A stretch of DNA of 64,000 bases from Octopus vulgaris (Eukaryota), in assembly GCA_951406725.2 (NCBI GenBank), contig OX597819.1, positions 1,736,001 to 1,800,000 on the forward strand, in the 5' to 3' direction. Every line of letters begins with the position of its first letter. Position 1 is the stretch's first letter. Below, piece after piece: positions 13,081 to 26,700 of the stretch. A program made the position numbers and the translations under genes. The notes below the pieces were generated by a model. It had not been told where the DNA came from and ran no database searches. It worked only from the letters and a program-made list of their open reading frames with translations.

Positions 13081-13644
13081 ACACACACATTTACACATTT
13101 ATACACACTCACACACACACTTAGGTGGAATATCCCCACGCCTCTCCCATCAAGCACATGCACGCATATAACCCGACAGCTTCATAACCCGATCAAAATG
13201 AGATCTGTAAGAATTGCGAGTCTCCTAATAGTATTGAGTCTCACCAACACTAACTTCGATTTCATTCATGAGATTACTTTAAGCGAATAACCTTAAACAC
13301 ACACACGCACACTCACGCACATACACGCGTACACGCGCGCTTATAGGTGTGTAAATGAGATGGGTGTGTATGAATTATACACTGTCACATTTTTCATACG
13401 TATTCTTACAAGGCATATCATAAGTAATCTTACCTTAGCAATGTGTCACCAAAGTGCTCCCTAAAATAAAGCAGTTTCTGAATTTACAGTTTATATAGTG
13501 AACAATAAGCAGAAAGAGATAACATCTGTATACAGGAAATGTATGCGATCATGTCTCCAAGGATGTTTACCACTAAGGTACATAATATGTCTAGAGCTTT
13601 ATCCATTAATAGGTGTTGTAAACACTAGACAACCTTTCTGTGAC

Positions 13645-13823
13645 AAAGAGTCCTGTAGGGTAAACGCTCAAAAGAGTCCCGTAGGGTAAACGCTCAAAAG
13701 AGTCCCGTAAGGTAAACGCTCAAAAGAGTCCCGTAGGGTAAACGCTCAAAAGAGTCCCGTAGGGTAAACGCTCAAAAGAGTCCCGTAGGGTAAACGCTTA
13801 AAAGAGTTCCGTAGGGTAAACGC
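13645..13823. repeat. 26-bp minisatellite, ~7 head-to-tail copies (aaagagtcccgtagggtaaacgctca)
   Basis: Units start at 13645, 13671, 13697, 13723, 13749, 13775 and 13801, with few substitutions and no spacers. Confidence 0.95.
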
Positions 13824-14038
13824 ACAGAAAATTGGGCAAATTTTATATGTATGCAGATATAATGTTTTGTCAAATGAACTTCCCAGGGACATACATACTA
13901 ACAAGGTGCATAAGTACAACTCGAGATAAATCAGTTTCGTCTTGAGTGTATCTCATCAAAATGCCCAACAAATATTCATATAAATCATATGTGTGTGTAT
14001 ATATGCTCTGAGAAGCACAGGAGGGTTAGAACTAAAAA

Positions 14039-14077
<39 letters not shown>

Positions 14078-15019
14078 TGTGTGTGTGTGTGTGTGATTAT
14101 ATATACATATATACATACGCGTGTGTATGTATATGTGTCTGTGTGTGTGTTGCATGAATGTATATATCAATGTAAATATCGTAAATTGTATAGGGTTTAT
14201 TTTTATGCCTTTTCTGATAGAGAAATCAGTATATAGGGTAGAGATGACAGATTTAGTATATGAAGAAATACGAAAACAGCAGTCTAGCCGAGTTTTTTTG
14301 TCCCGGCTGATAACAACTCAAGTATTGGGGTTTATAATGTTAGAGATATTCTGAGGTTGTATGTTTGAGCTTATTAGCTGCTGTTTTTTTTATATAATAC
14401 CAACACACACAAAGTCACCCACACACATGTACACTCCTGCATACACGCACACCTATACATTCATCTACACATGTATGTGTATATATATAAATAAGTATAT
14501 GCTTACATACACACACACGCACACACACACACACACACACACATGAACATATACATATACCTATATGTAAATCATGCATACTTATGTTTCTTCGATTTTT
14601 CTCTTTCATCTTTAATTTAATTAACTAATGTTGGTAAATATTCCTCTGGTTTTTGCTATGAGCACATTGACGTCCGCATAACGGATATTGTTGATGTTTT
14701 GTCCACTTATCTGTATACATATCATACCTGTTAGATTTTCAACCGATCGTTAAATTTTGTTACTATATAATAAAAACTTGTCTGTTCATAAGATCCTCCT
14801 ATCGTACTTTTATATTTTCTTATCCTTTTACATTTCCAATTCTGATTTTTGCTGCTTATTCGTTAACTCCTTTCAATTTAGAATTATATCTAAATGAAAG
14901 GGCTTACGAGCTTTAACGATTTCGATAGATTTCAAGATTTCAAAGCAATTAGTAGATTAAATTAGTAAAATATCAAAAAGAAAAAAAAGGAATAAAGTAA
15001 TGAAAAGGAAAACTGTTTA

Positions 15020-15485
15020 TTTTGGGAGATCAACAAGAAAGTATTTTAAAATAAAGATCTAACCAGTAAGAGTAAGAAAAGACTCCGGGGAATATACACA
15101 GAACCGCCTTACATATGTGTGGCAACCCAGAACATAACTGGCTTAACGACGTTGCGGAGATGTGGTTCCTATGAACAATATTGGTGCCCTATGTACACAC
15201 AGTGACAACACTGATGTCGTTAGACAAGCAGTAACTAACAGAAATGTTTTATACACAAGGAGGTAACAGACTTACTTTATTGGATATCATATAAAAAATA
15301 ACCCCAGAGTTTGAAAACTTAATGACAAATGGTAAAGGTAAAGGAGGAGTCAGCCAGGGAAAGCAGAGAGAAATAATATGGCGACAGAATGACCAACTCC
15401 AGTGTGGAGCAGTGGATGGGGAATAAAGGTTTTGGACCTCCATGATCACCGGCAGTTGTAGGCATGGGACATTATGAGGACATGA
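15020..15485 (+). mobile_element. Decayed RTE-clade LINE 3' fragment
   Basis: Broken frames read EMWFL..., QTYFIG.H, FENLMTNGKGKG..QGKQRE and SMIT, matching the RTE C-terminal pattern EMW..R...F.GH...LE.L...GK..G.R.RGR.R. Confidence 0.6.
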
Positions 15486-16749
15486 AGAATGTGTATGTGT
15501 ATGCGTGTGTATATATACTCACATACACACACAATTACACACACACATATTGCAGTGAAGGTTATCTAAAACACTTGTTCTCAACATGTGGACCCATTTG
15601 CTTCTTATTTTACTCAAATGGACCCTCATAAACATTCGATATTTAAAAAATCCTATTACATATTTATAATCAGATATTAGGAATCGTATAAAGAAACTTG
15701 TTAAAATATTTTGTATATTGTTGAATACTAACAAATTTCTTGCGCATAAATTTTAACAACAAAATCTTATATGGAGTTCCAGTGACTATATAGACCCCGT
15801 TTGAGAGTCACTGATGTAGAAGAATACGAGAATTGAAAAGAGCGTAGAGTAAATTATATAACAATATATATAATGGGTGGAACACTGAAACATGCAAATA
15901 TCGGAGTTGGTGGAATAAAGATGCTTGCAAATATTGAAGGCCAGCGTGCATAAAGTACAAACAAGTCTCTGCTGCATTTTCCAAGAGAGTTTGTTTCTTT
16001 TCTCTAAATAAATTACAGTGAGTTTAAAGAATTTTCATGTCACCCATTCAGATTTGAATTCCAGAGATTTTTTCTGTGTCAAATATGAAAATTTGGCAAT
16101 AGCTCCTAAGCTACACAATAGCCTATATGCATCTATATTAATGTGTACATAAGTAGGAGTGTTTGCATTTATATTGGTGATTGTATTAGTGAATCTATTA
16201 TAAATATAATAGGAAAAGAAAGACTGAAACGTAGAATGCGATAGTTTAGTTACTCCGATATGAATTGTTTCCAACATTTAATCAGTTGTTCAGACAGAAG
16301 GAGTCTGTGATACTTACGTTTGAACAACTGACGACATGTAGTAAAATTTCGAGTGTAACAGTTCACTCCGTCGGTCAAGATAAGGTCATATTTATTTATA
16401 TATTTTTCTTACAAGACTCGTCACGTTTCCTTCATCTGACAATTTTCAGAGGAATTTTGAAGTGAAAGAAATAGACCAAACCTTGATGATAATAATTTTA
16501 ATCAATGAACATATCTACTCTCTCTCTCTCTCTGTCTCTCCGACGATTGTTTAACTGGCTGAAACTTGGAATTCCCTGTCAACAATATTCTTGTACTCTA
16601 TAAAAGACTTGTACTCTACAAAAGCATAGAGTAACCACCAGATTAATGTAAAATCGTAATTATAACTAAACTAAACATGTTTGTGTGTGAATGTATGTAT
16701 GCATATAAATGTGTATATATATATTTTTATTTGTATATATATATATTAT

Positions 16750-17000
16750 CCACCACCTTTCCAACAACAATCTTGGCGCCGTTTTGAATTCCATATGTCA
16801 AACACTCGTGGACATACACAATCAAAAATGAACATTACTCCCATTCGGAAACAGTTTTTCACGCTCAGAATTGCTAAAGCTTGGAATAAACTACATGCAT
16901 CGGTTGTCAGCTACAACCTTCAAAACTTCCATGTTTACTGAAATTCACCTAATGCCTTTTTTTTTGCTGTAGTGAACCTGAGCACATTATACAACAATTT
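16750..17000 (+). mobile_element. CR1-clade LINE 3' remnant
   Basis: SNTRGH...RKQFFTLRIAKAWNKLHASVVS matches the CR1 ORF2 C-terminal TRGH...R..FF..R....WN.LP..VV. Confidence 0.75.
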
Positions 17001-19124
17001 CATTATTAGAATTATTAAGAGTCCAAATAAATATACGCATACATACATTCATACATACATGCATACATGCATATATACATAAATACATACATACATACAT
17101 ACATACATACGTACATACAGATATATAAATATATATTTACTCTTATATATGCGCAAATATGCATACATGCATACATTCATACATGCATATATACATTTAT
17201 ACATATAGATTCCGACTTATTTAACTTATTTCATTATCATTATGTATATTGAAGCACTAACCCATACTATATCGAGCTCTGTATATTATGATTTAGATAA
17301 GATTGTTTGGAAGGTGATGGTGCCTGTGTTCTAATACATACATATATATATATACATACATACAAATGCAAATATGTTTGTGTTATTCAGCTTATACGAT
17401 TTGTTTCCAACACACATTTTGCCTTTGTGACTAAATGCATCAACTGCTTGTGTAGGACATTGTACAACTGGGTCCAATTGCACCATGCACAACCCCTGCA
17501 GAAGATACAAATTAGCCATAATGGGGAAACGTGCATAGGCAGAAATAGTATGAGTTGATTTATCTTGTGTTTGTCATATGCTTTCTTAAAATTGCTCTGA
17601 GCAGTAATCAGTAATATTACAAAGCACTGTGGTAAGTGCATTTTATTATTACTGGAAGTCTTGATTATGCTCTTCGCGTAGAAGCTGTCGCACCTTCCAC
17701 TGAACAAACAGGAAATACTGTGTGTGTGTTTGTGTACGTGCGTGCGTGTGTGTGTACATGTGTGTGTATATAAATATATATAAACGTATGGACACAAAGG
17801 TATAAAGTGATAGATGGCTAAACAATATATAAATGACCTTAAACGTTCATATTTTTGGTTTTCTTACCGGTTTCAACCGCTTAGTTGCAGCCATAATTAT
17901 GTAATATCTTTGTTGATTTATTTTATCATATCGAGCTTGCTAGTGTCGATAAAACGACATTCGTGTTTATTCTGATATGAGTTTCAAGTATTGATATGAG
18001 TATCCACACTGCGTGTGTGTTGTAGAGTTCTATGGAGTAGTCATTATTTTTTTCCAATAATCTTGCTTCCAATACGCATTTGCGTATCATTTACAATAAT
18101 ATTTTTAGATATTTATCAATGAGGCTGGAAATGGCTAATTCAGATCCAAGTTTATATGCCTGATATTTTCAGCACTCAGAAATATTTGAATCTATATGTA
18201 ACCTGGGTTTGAGTTAAAAAAACAACAACATAATAATAGCGAGGTCAATTAAGGATTGTTCATTAAAGGAATTGTCTTTTTCTTTAATTCATATACATTG
18301 ATTCTCATATGTAATGGAGAGTAGTTGCAACGTTTGTTTCATATGTGTAATCTATTAAAGCTCTCCTGATTGGACTCATTTCAAGTATTACTTTTTTTGT
18401 TCAACCATTTACGAAAATATTCCAGTAATTTTAAAACATACCTAATTTTGAAAACAACCCATCTAGTCATAAACTTTTCAGAAAACATTCAGTTGCATTG
18501 TATGAAATAATATCACTTTTCATAGTGATTGCAAGAAAATTATCATTCATATATATATATATATATAGGGAGAGTTTACGAAAAAAACAAAATATATATA
18601 TATTGTATATATTCTTATATTGTGCATTTTTGTGTGCATGTGGGTGGTGTGAGTGTGTGTGTGTATGCGTGGGTGTTATATGCAAGACACAGGTTTGTTT
18701 CGCCTTCATTTTATGTCCTTTAAGTATAAAGTAAAAGAATAAAGATTTTAAGCTCATTGGCTCTTTTAAGTTTTCTCGGTCTTCCGACTAAAGATGTGTT
18801 GGAGTTCTTATAACTGCACTTTCGTAGTAAGCTGCAAGAATCGTGAGAATAATGTAGTGATAAGACATACTAAACATCCTAAATTTTATGAAACCATTAA
18901 CCACCGATATTCGTTGTGTTCGCTGTGCGCTAAAATTGTGCTATGTACTTTCCTATAAAACGCTAATATATACATATACGGCTTGCATGGAATTAAACAA
19001 ACTTATTGTTAACTTATTTAATATACTAAACATCTAATTAGAAATATGAAGTGAGATAAAAACATTAACTCAATGGCTGTAAATGGGTAATCATGTGTAA
19101 TGTATATATATATATATATATATA

Positions 19125-19480
19125 CTAGCAGTATCGCCCAGCGTTGCTCAGGTTTGTAAGGGAAATAACTATAAAGCATTTTAGAGAGTTATAGCCAAAA
19201 AATAGCAAAAAAATGGGAAAAAAAGAGAGTTAAAAAAGGTGGAGTTGCGTCCCCTAGACGGTCTGTGGTTTGGGTTTCTGATTCTCACCCCATGTCGAAT
19301 TTATCGATTTTTTTCAGAACTGGGGGAACTTTTCAAAATTTTCGCTGCGTTAGTTTTGAATTATGACATTGGGCTATGTGTGTGTCAAGTTTCATCAGAA
19401 TCGGTTGAAAGCCGTGGTCAGGGTGAGGGTACGAGAAAACAGACACACAGAAACACGCACAGACAAACTGCCGTTTATAT

Positions 19481-19485
<5 letters not shown>
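19125..19485 (-). mobile_element. Non-autonomous Helitron
   Basis: On the minus strand it starts TC (19485-19484) and ends CTAG (19128-19125), preceded by a degenerate GC-rich hairpin (ctgagcaacgctggg). Inserted between A and T within (AT)n, with no target-site duplication. Confidence 0.72.
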
Positions 19486-19516
<31 letters not shown>

Positions 19517-19746
19517 TAATACCATTGTCCCGACCTCGGCCAGTACTGTGAAAACTATATATCCCTAAGGTGATCTAATAACACTAATATATGTCCCACC
19601 TTCTGTGATATACTTACCGAAATAATTAAAATATCGCTTTGATACTGGGCTGTTGCTCTAGTTCTCTCTCCTCACGGCTGAAATATTTCTAATTAGATTT
19701 TTTAGTATGCATATTACATTACATAACGATAATGACATAACGATAA

Positions 19747-19828
<82 letters not shown>

Positions 19829-19847
19829 GTGTGCGTGTGAGTATGTA

Positions 19848-19888
<41 letters not shown>

Positions 19889-19900
19889 TATACACACATA

Positions 19901-19941
<41 letters not shown>

Positions 19942-20499
19942 TTAGGATTTTTAAGTATTTATTATGAATGTGTGATTGTTTATAAATTAAAATAATTAAT
20001 ACACGTATGGTAATGAGATTAGGGCTAGTGGAATATACATTTACGGAAGTTCGAATGCCAATGTTTCGTAAATTTAGAGTTATACTGTTCAAAAGAAAAT
20101 TAAAGTAGAAAAATATCAAATAAACAATTGTTGGCATTCAATATATATTAAAACTTTTAATTACTATGATTGCTAAATTAACACTTAAGGATTGATTATT
20201 TAAATATTTACTTATAAACTAAGAAATATATGAAAGGAAAAAAAATCTAGTCTTAAAATTACTTATGTTATAAAACAAAATAGAATTCATGTTTCTTAAA
20301 TTGAACAGTGACCATGACACATCACCGAAAGCGAAACTGCGTGAATATCAAAGAAATTTACTCAGAAAATTGAAACCAAATGATTGAGATGGGGCAAAAA
20401 CGGAAAAATAAATTAGCCAAACAGCACCTACCAATAACATAAAACTGACCCTCGCTCACTCAATTTCCATGTTTTATGCATATCTGGTTTATTTTACAG

Positions 20500-20586
20500 G
20501 AATGAACATTTTCGTCGCCTTTTTCGTCTTGTTGCTATTGCTGGCAGAATCCACTCCTCGGGCGGCCTCGTCCATTCCTTTAATAG
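20500..20586 (+). CDS. nAChR-family (Cys-loop) subunit, M2 / M2-M3 loop exon, alternative copy A: (G)MNIFVAFFVLLLLLAESTPRAASSIPLI(G)
   Basis: Acceptor ttttacag ends at 20499 and donor gtgagt starts at 20587. 87 nt, phase 1-1. Aligns to M2 from 4' through the conserved AE..P......PLIG of nAChRs, and splices in frame to the exon at 54608. Confidence 0.93.
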
Positions 20587-20626
20587 GTGAGTCAATCTCA
20601 TTTTCCACCACTTATTTATGTTACAG

Positions 20627-20710
20627 GAATGAACATTTTCGTCGCCTTTTTCCTCTTGTTGCTATTGCTGGCCGAGTCAGTCCCTCATGCCGCAACAGTT
20701 CCATTGATAG
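20627..20710 (+). CDS. nAChR-family subunit, M2 / M2-M3 loop exon, alternative copy B: (G)MNIFVAFFLLLLLLAESVPHAATVPLI(G)
   Basis: Acceptor gttacag ends at 20626 and donor gtgagt starts at 20711. 84 nt, phase 1-1, no stop codon. Paralogous to copy A, with mostly synonymous changes at conserved residues. Confidence 0.88.
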
Positions 20711-23287
20711 GTGAGTTTTTCTCCATTCTCTACCACTGATTAGAAAAACGGTGTTCGTTTCACCAATGACGTCATCGTTTTCACGATCCCATATCCATGA
20801 AATGTTTGACCATAGTAATGCATTCTTTCGTTAAACTCACAAGAAAGCACTACTACAGGTCAAACTTCTCACCCAAGAGTGTAATACCCTCTTTGTGCAA
20901 TGCTAAGGTAATTTATTCATATCTTCATCACCCTTGCACGAGAGCACAATAGGTTATATAAGATTGATGTTAAAAGCATTTTCACTTAACTTGGGTCAAC
21001 GTTTGGGGCTTAATTTAAAACAAAATAATTTCTGAAAGAAAGAATATTTACTAAAAACTTCACAGTACACACATTTACTAAACAAGTTCACCATACACAG
21101 ACACACAAACGCACGCACACACGCACGCAACATCGCACTTGTTAGTGTTTAAAAAGCATTTAAACAATAATCAATATTCTAATACTTCATAAGATATTTA
21201 TTGATTTTTAAAACATGTACGTTGAGTATACAATACAATTTCGGTGAAAGTATAGAAATAGTTATCTAAATATACTACAGATTTTAAATATAGGAAACGT
21301 AATAATTATTAATGCAGAGAACATTAAATAAGCAATGTAGATTGGTTTCTAGAAGGAGAGAAGAGAAATGGGACGTCTTAATATTTTTGTATAAGTGTGC
21401 AACTACGATGAATTGATATATGACTCGATATGTAGCACACTCCAATTTATATCTATATCATAGAGAACATAATTTGTTTTCAATCTTTACAGGAGTTTCA
21501 TACACATACTACGCAAAATCTACAGAAATAGGCTATCTTGAAACAGTTATAGATTTCTAAATTTGGTACAACTCCTAATTTTGGAGAGAGTAACAGCCGA
21601 TTAAATGTGTTCTTGTACTCCACGTGAGCACATTTTATCGTCCTCTAAGTGTTGATGAAAATCCAAAATTGATTCAAAGCATAAACAAACATAGTTAAAC
21701 ACAGTAAAACATTTTCTCAGGTGTACAACTGATTCTGTTATCCATTATTCCGTTTACGTAAGCATTAATTGAAAGTGTATTAAAATCTCGAATTTTAGAA
21801 TAAATAGAATGATAATTTTTGTAGAGAATAGATTCTATTTATGTAGGATTTTATGTAAGTTGCTAGGTTTTAAAAATTCCTGTTTTATGGCGGGATTATA
21901 AAGCCCGATATTTTCCATTTATTTTAATACTTAAGTATCATACACGAATCGTTGCTTGAGAGCAACTGATTGCAAATAAGGACTTTAATTTCTGCATATT
22001 CATCAAGTGATGTATCACACATATTAAACATACCACGTTAATTTCATATATAGTAATAATAATGCTCACTTGATCCTGACATATGTTTTGGTAATGTATT
22101 GGTAAACTATCTTTTAAGTTTTATATACATTTAACACTTCGGGGAGCAAGAAATGTTTTCCTCATTCTTAATCAATGAGAGCGAAAACACATTGGAGAAT
22201 GACAGTGAACGAGGAAGAATTAAATGTTGAGTTGTGTGTCGAGGAACGATGGGACTGAAAAGTGGTTGGCGAAGGGAAGAAGATAACTTAATGGAGGGTA
22301 AGCCTAGAACTCGAGAGATAACATATTTGGGTAAAATTGAAGGATCGAAGCAGTAAGGAAGCAGATGGTAATTGATAAGTTCAAAATAGAAGACTTTCTT
22401 TTGGCAAGATCGGTGATCATAGTAGTCACCATGATGCCAATAGTACTGTCTGCATTCGTCCTAGCTCAGGCTGCAGATTAGAAATGCATATTCACACAAA
22501 GTCGTATTCCAAAATGATCATCATTGTGAACATTAAAATAAAGTTAAAATTGAAACAAACGAAGGAGATATCCCGAAGGTAAAAATGATGCGTTGTCCCA
22601 TGTATTTCCCAGAGGGTCCTAAAGTACCGGACGTCGGGGAAAAGTAAATGGACTAACCAAGTCAGTTGAAATGCGTTGGCTTATTGTGTGTGGGAAAACG
22701 CGTTCATTACCGGAGCAATCATTTAGACAATGCTTTCTTCATTAACTAACTTATAAAGCACAGCAGAATTTGTATGTGATGCAATGTGTAATATTGGCAG
22801 ATATGCAACCAAAAGTTTGGGTGATTTGGAATAATGATTTGGGTCTGGTGATTGGTGTTTTGTTATTGGTATAAAGACAGGTGTAAAATGTGTATTGAAT
22901 GTATTTAAAATTGCCTTACTATTCAAGTCTGAGTACCACAGAATGGATTACTGTTGCGGGAAAGAGTGGGGTTGTTATGAATTCACATAAAAGAAATATA
23001 AAAACAAATGTTGTGTCTACTTTCATGCACATATAATTCATTGTCATTTCCTGCTATTCACCAGTTTGTCCATGCTCTCGTAGTTTAAGAAAGGAGAAAA
23101 ACTTTCACACTCCACGATGAGGGACTTTGTCCAAAATTCATCCGCTATTCTTAATGGTATATGAACTTAAAAAACAAAACTTTGTATTTTTATCAATAAA
23201 TTCGATATTTGCTGACGCAGACTACCAACATCTCCCTGGACTTTATTTTTATTGTAATCTATTTATATGTATATTTATCTATTTCAT

Positions 23288-23339
<52 letters not shown>

Positions 23340-23390
23340 TATATAAATATACATATATTTGTACGTATATATACACACATATATATGTAC

Positions 23391-23470
<80 letters not shown>

Positions 23471-23526
23471 ATACTTCTATATATAAGTTTGTGTTTGTGT
23501 TAGCTTGCATGTTTAACTTACATGGT

Positions 23527-23575
<49 letters not shown>

Positions 23576-23750
23576 GGAGGGAGAGAGAAGAATAGATCCA
23601 CAAACAGAAAAATAAAAGTCAATTGTATGAAATTGGAGTGAAATCTTAATAGAATTTGTAGCAACAGAAAGTACAGAACACACTACGGGTGTTTCTGTAC
23701 TTTCTGTACTTTCTGTTATATATATATATATGTACTTTCTGTACTTTCTG

Positions 23751-23784
<34 letters not shown>

Positions 23785-26700
23785 CCTATATCATTTCCAA
23801 ATGCCCTCAAATCACACTATCACTTAAATAAAACAATACGGGATATTAGAAACTGGAATGTTTCTGAACAGCTCAGTTAGGACTGAATTCGTTACTAAAC
23901 AACAAGACTCATGCTTATAAAGTAGTAATAATTAATGCTTAAAGATAATTGCCCTTAAAATATCAAATTGTTGCTGATGAGTATATGCAGGATAGTTCAC
24001 TATGTGCATTACGGTATTTCATTAAAACTGACATCACCAATATTATCTTCTGGAGACAATGAAAGAACGGCAAGAAATGTTTTCACATTAACTTACTTTC
24101 CAAACTTTATTGTATGCAAAATAGAAAAATAGAACTTAATGGTATGAAGTCATACAGAAATTTTAGTAGATTTATATATTTGGAAGTACACTGGTAACGA
24201 TTCAGAATAAAGTTTATGTTAGCAAATCATTTGTCTTTTAAACTTGAACAGTACTTCTATTATACTTTAGATTTACCGCGAAACGTACATTTGTTCATAC
24301 GTATTATTGTGGTAATAAATTTACATTGTACATTTTTAACTCGCAAATAGTTTAGTGTAGAAAGAATGCGATAATCTACTGGTTTATATTTCTTCGAAAT
24401 CTAGAAAGTTACAGCTTTTGCTATGTAATATTTTTGTCGGATAACATCATTACTTAAAATAACTTTCTGCTTTAAGGTTTTTTTAAAATTCATTACACAA
24501 AACACCTGAAAACCAGATGCTGACTTTATTGTGTACACATATCCAAATATTTTACAGTTTTGTGTATTATGAATATACATAGCAGAAATTACTTCACTAA
24601 AAACGAATTAGGATAATTCAAATACGATTACTCTACCATGCATACTTAGAAGAATATAGATATTAACTATACATTAATCACCACTAATCCACAATGCAGA
24701 TTAATAAATTTCTGTAAGCGTGAGCTGGGATTAATTGATTACAAAAATGTTAAATAACTATCATGATATAATTAGTAAAGCTAGTAACCTCCATGTATTA
24801 TACAATATTAGTAATGACCATAATTATCTGGTTAAAAAAATATATATATTAGCAATAAAGAGAGCGCTAATTCACATGAATTGACGTTGTTGAATTTTAT
24901 ACTTCGACCTCGGAAATATTACCATCATGCGCTCTACTAGAATTTTCCAAGACATCTATATTAAAACGGCTAATCTAGCCAACTGCTCGTAGTTTTCAAA
25001 AACAAAGTGAGAAATAGGTGCTCCATACTACAAAACAGTGGACATTAAGATAATATCAAATATACTCCTAAGTTACTGACATTAATAAACTGAAATACAT
25101 ATGAGGAAAAATTAAAAAATAGCTACACCTTTTTTAGGCGCTATTTACAACAAATTTATTTAAGAGTTATTTAAGAGACGCAGTTCTAAACTAAATTATA
25201 GCTGTACAACAAAACAAATAACCTAAGAAACTCAAATCAGTAGATGTGATTTATTATTCACAAACAAAACGTTATACCGTCAAAATTAGTCATACAGAGG
25301 AGCCAAGGCATCTATCCATAAACTAGATAACGAGAGCGAAGCAAACGAAATGCCGGCGGGTAAATTTAACCACGACTCTTTCAATTATCCTATTTTTCCA
25401 AAAACAAAATGAAGAGGAATATCACTATATTATCTATCTTCCAAATTCAAAGAATACAGATTTGATCCGGTCTCCACTGGAAAATTCTTGAATGATGCAA
25501 GCCATATATGTATGGGACAGAATCTGAAATCGCAAGAAAAATTTAAACGCATTAAGCAATAAATATAACAATCACATGAATGTTAGCTTAACATTTTAAA
25601 ACAAATACAGACTTTTCAACGAGTTGCATTTGATGTCTTTAAATATATAGACACATAATGGGATTTGCTTCCCATATTCTAATTCATCATTTTATTTTAT
25701 AGTTACTTACATCATATAATTTAAAACTTTTTAAAGATTTCACAAAATGACAGGCATTGATAAGTTATCTAAGTATAGTTACTGACCTCAAAAGCGTAAA
25801 GACACTACAACACCAGATGAAACAGATTAATCTGACAGTGATCACGTTACAAGAATACATGCAAAATAACAGAATCTGTATTTTAGTACACATATTTTAG
25901 GTTAGCTGATTATCTATATTATCAGCCAAAACACGATTATGTAAATTATAATACCCATTATAAATAAATCCACCCAAATCTAATTTTGTTATAGATTGCT
26001 CATGATTTCATTAATTTTCATTACATGTTTTAGAATTGAATATGACAACGTCTCTCACTTTTATCTTTCATTCATTCAATTCGTGAAAATATATTACTGG
26101 ACGATTTTAGTTCGCAACAAAATCATATAAAGGATATAAATAATAATTCTTTAATGATAATAAAAACATACATTGATTTATAGTACGAATATAAGTCACC
26201 GTTTGGACTTTAGTAGGTTACATGTATATTTATCTTGGAAATTATTAAAAATTCGCCTGTGGGGATTTTTCCTTCCCTATATCTGCTATGATTCAAAGTT
26301 GTATAACCCAGAAAATAGAAAATTGTCAAACAAATAACGTTTGAAATAAATATTTCGGAATAGTATTTTTACTCTAAATATAGAACCTAAATTAGTTTTA
26401 TAGAATGTCACATATAATCTTTTGGCATATTTATTCAAAACATGGCAAACTATTTCAGAATGAAATGTTGAAATAGTTAGCAATCTTTGATAACTGGATG
26501 AAAATATATAAAAAGATTTCAATGTTTTATTTTCTATATATCATTGATAAATATAAAATCGAAGATCTAATTCGATAATCGTAACTGATTTATTAAAAAA
26601 ATCTCTGATAACTAATATATAAAAATAAATATATAAGTACTACATAATAATATAAAAATAAATAAAATATAGTTCCCAATATATTATTAAAAAAATGAAG

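Noticed and set aside
13645-13823. CRISPR-like array
   Set aside because: Units are directly head-to-tail with no unique spacers, no cas genes are present, and the context is eukaryotic.
1-20499. Upstream M1 and ligand-binding exons of the receptor
   Set aside because: No Cys-loop, loop C or M1/PAK-coding exon was recognised by eye. They probably lie before the window, though a small exon could have been missed.
20469-20714. 81-aa single ORF spanning both M2 exons
   Set aside because: It is read-through of the 40-nt intron, which shifts exon B out of frame and stops at 20712-20714. The splice-site model explains the sequence better.
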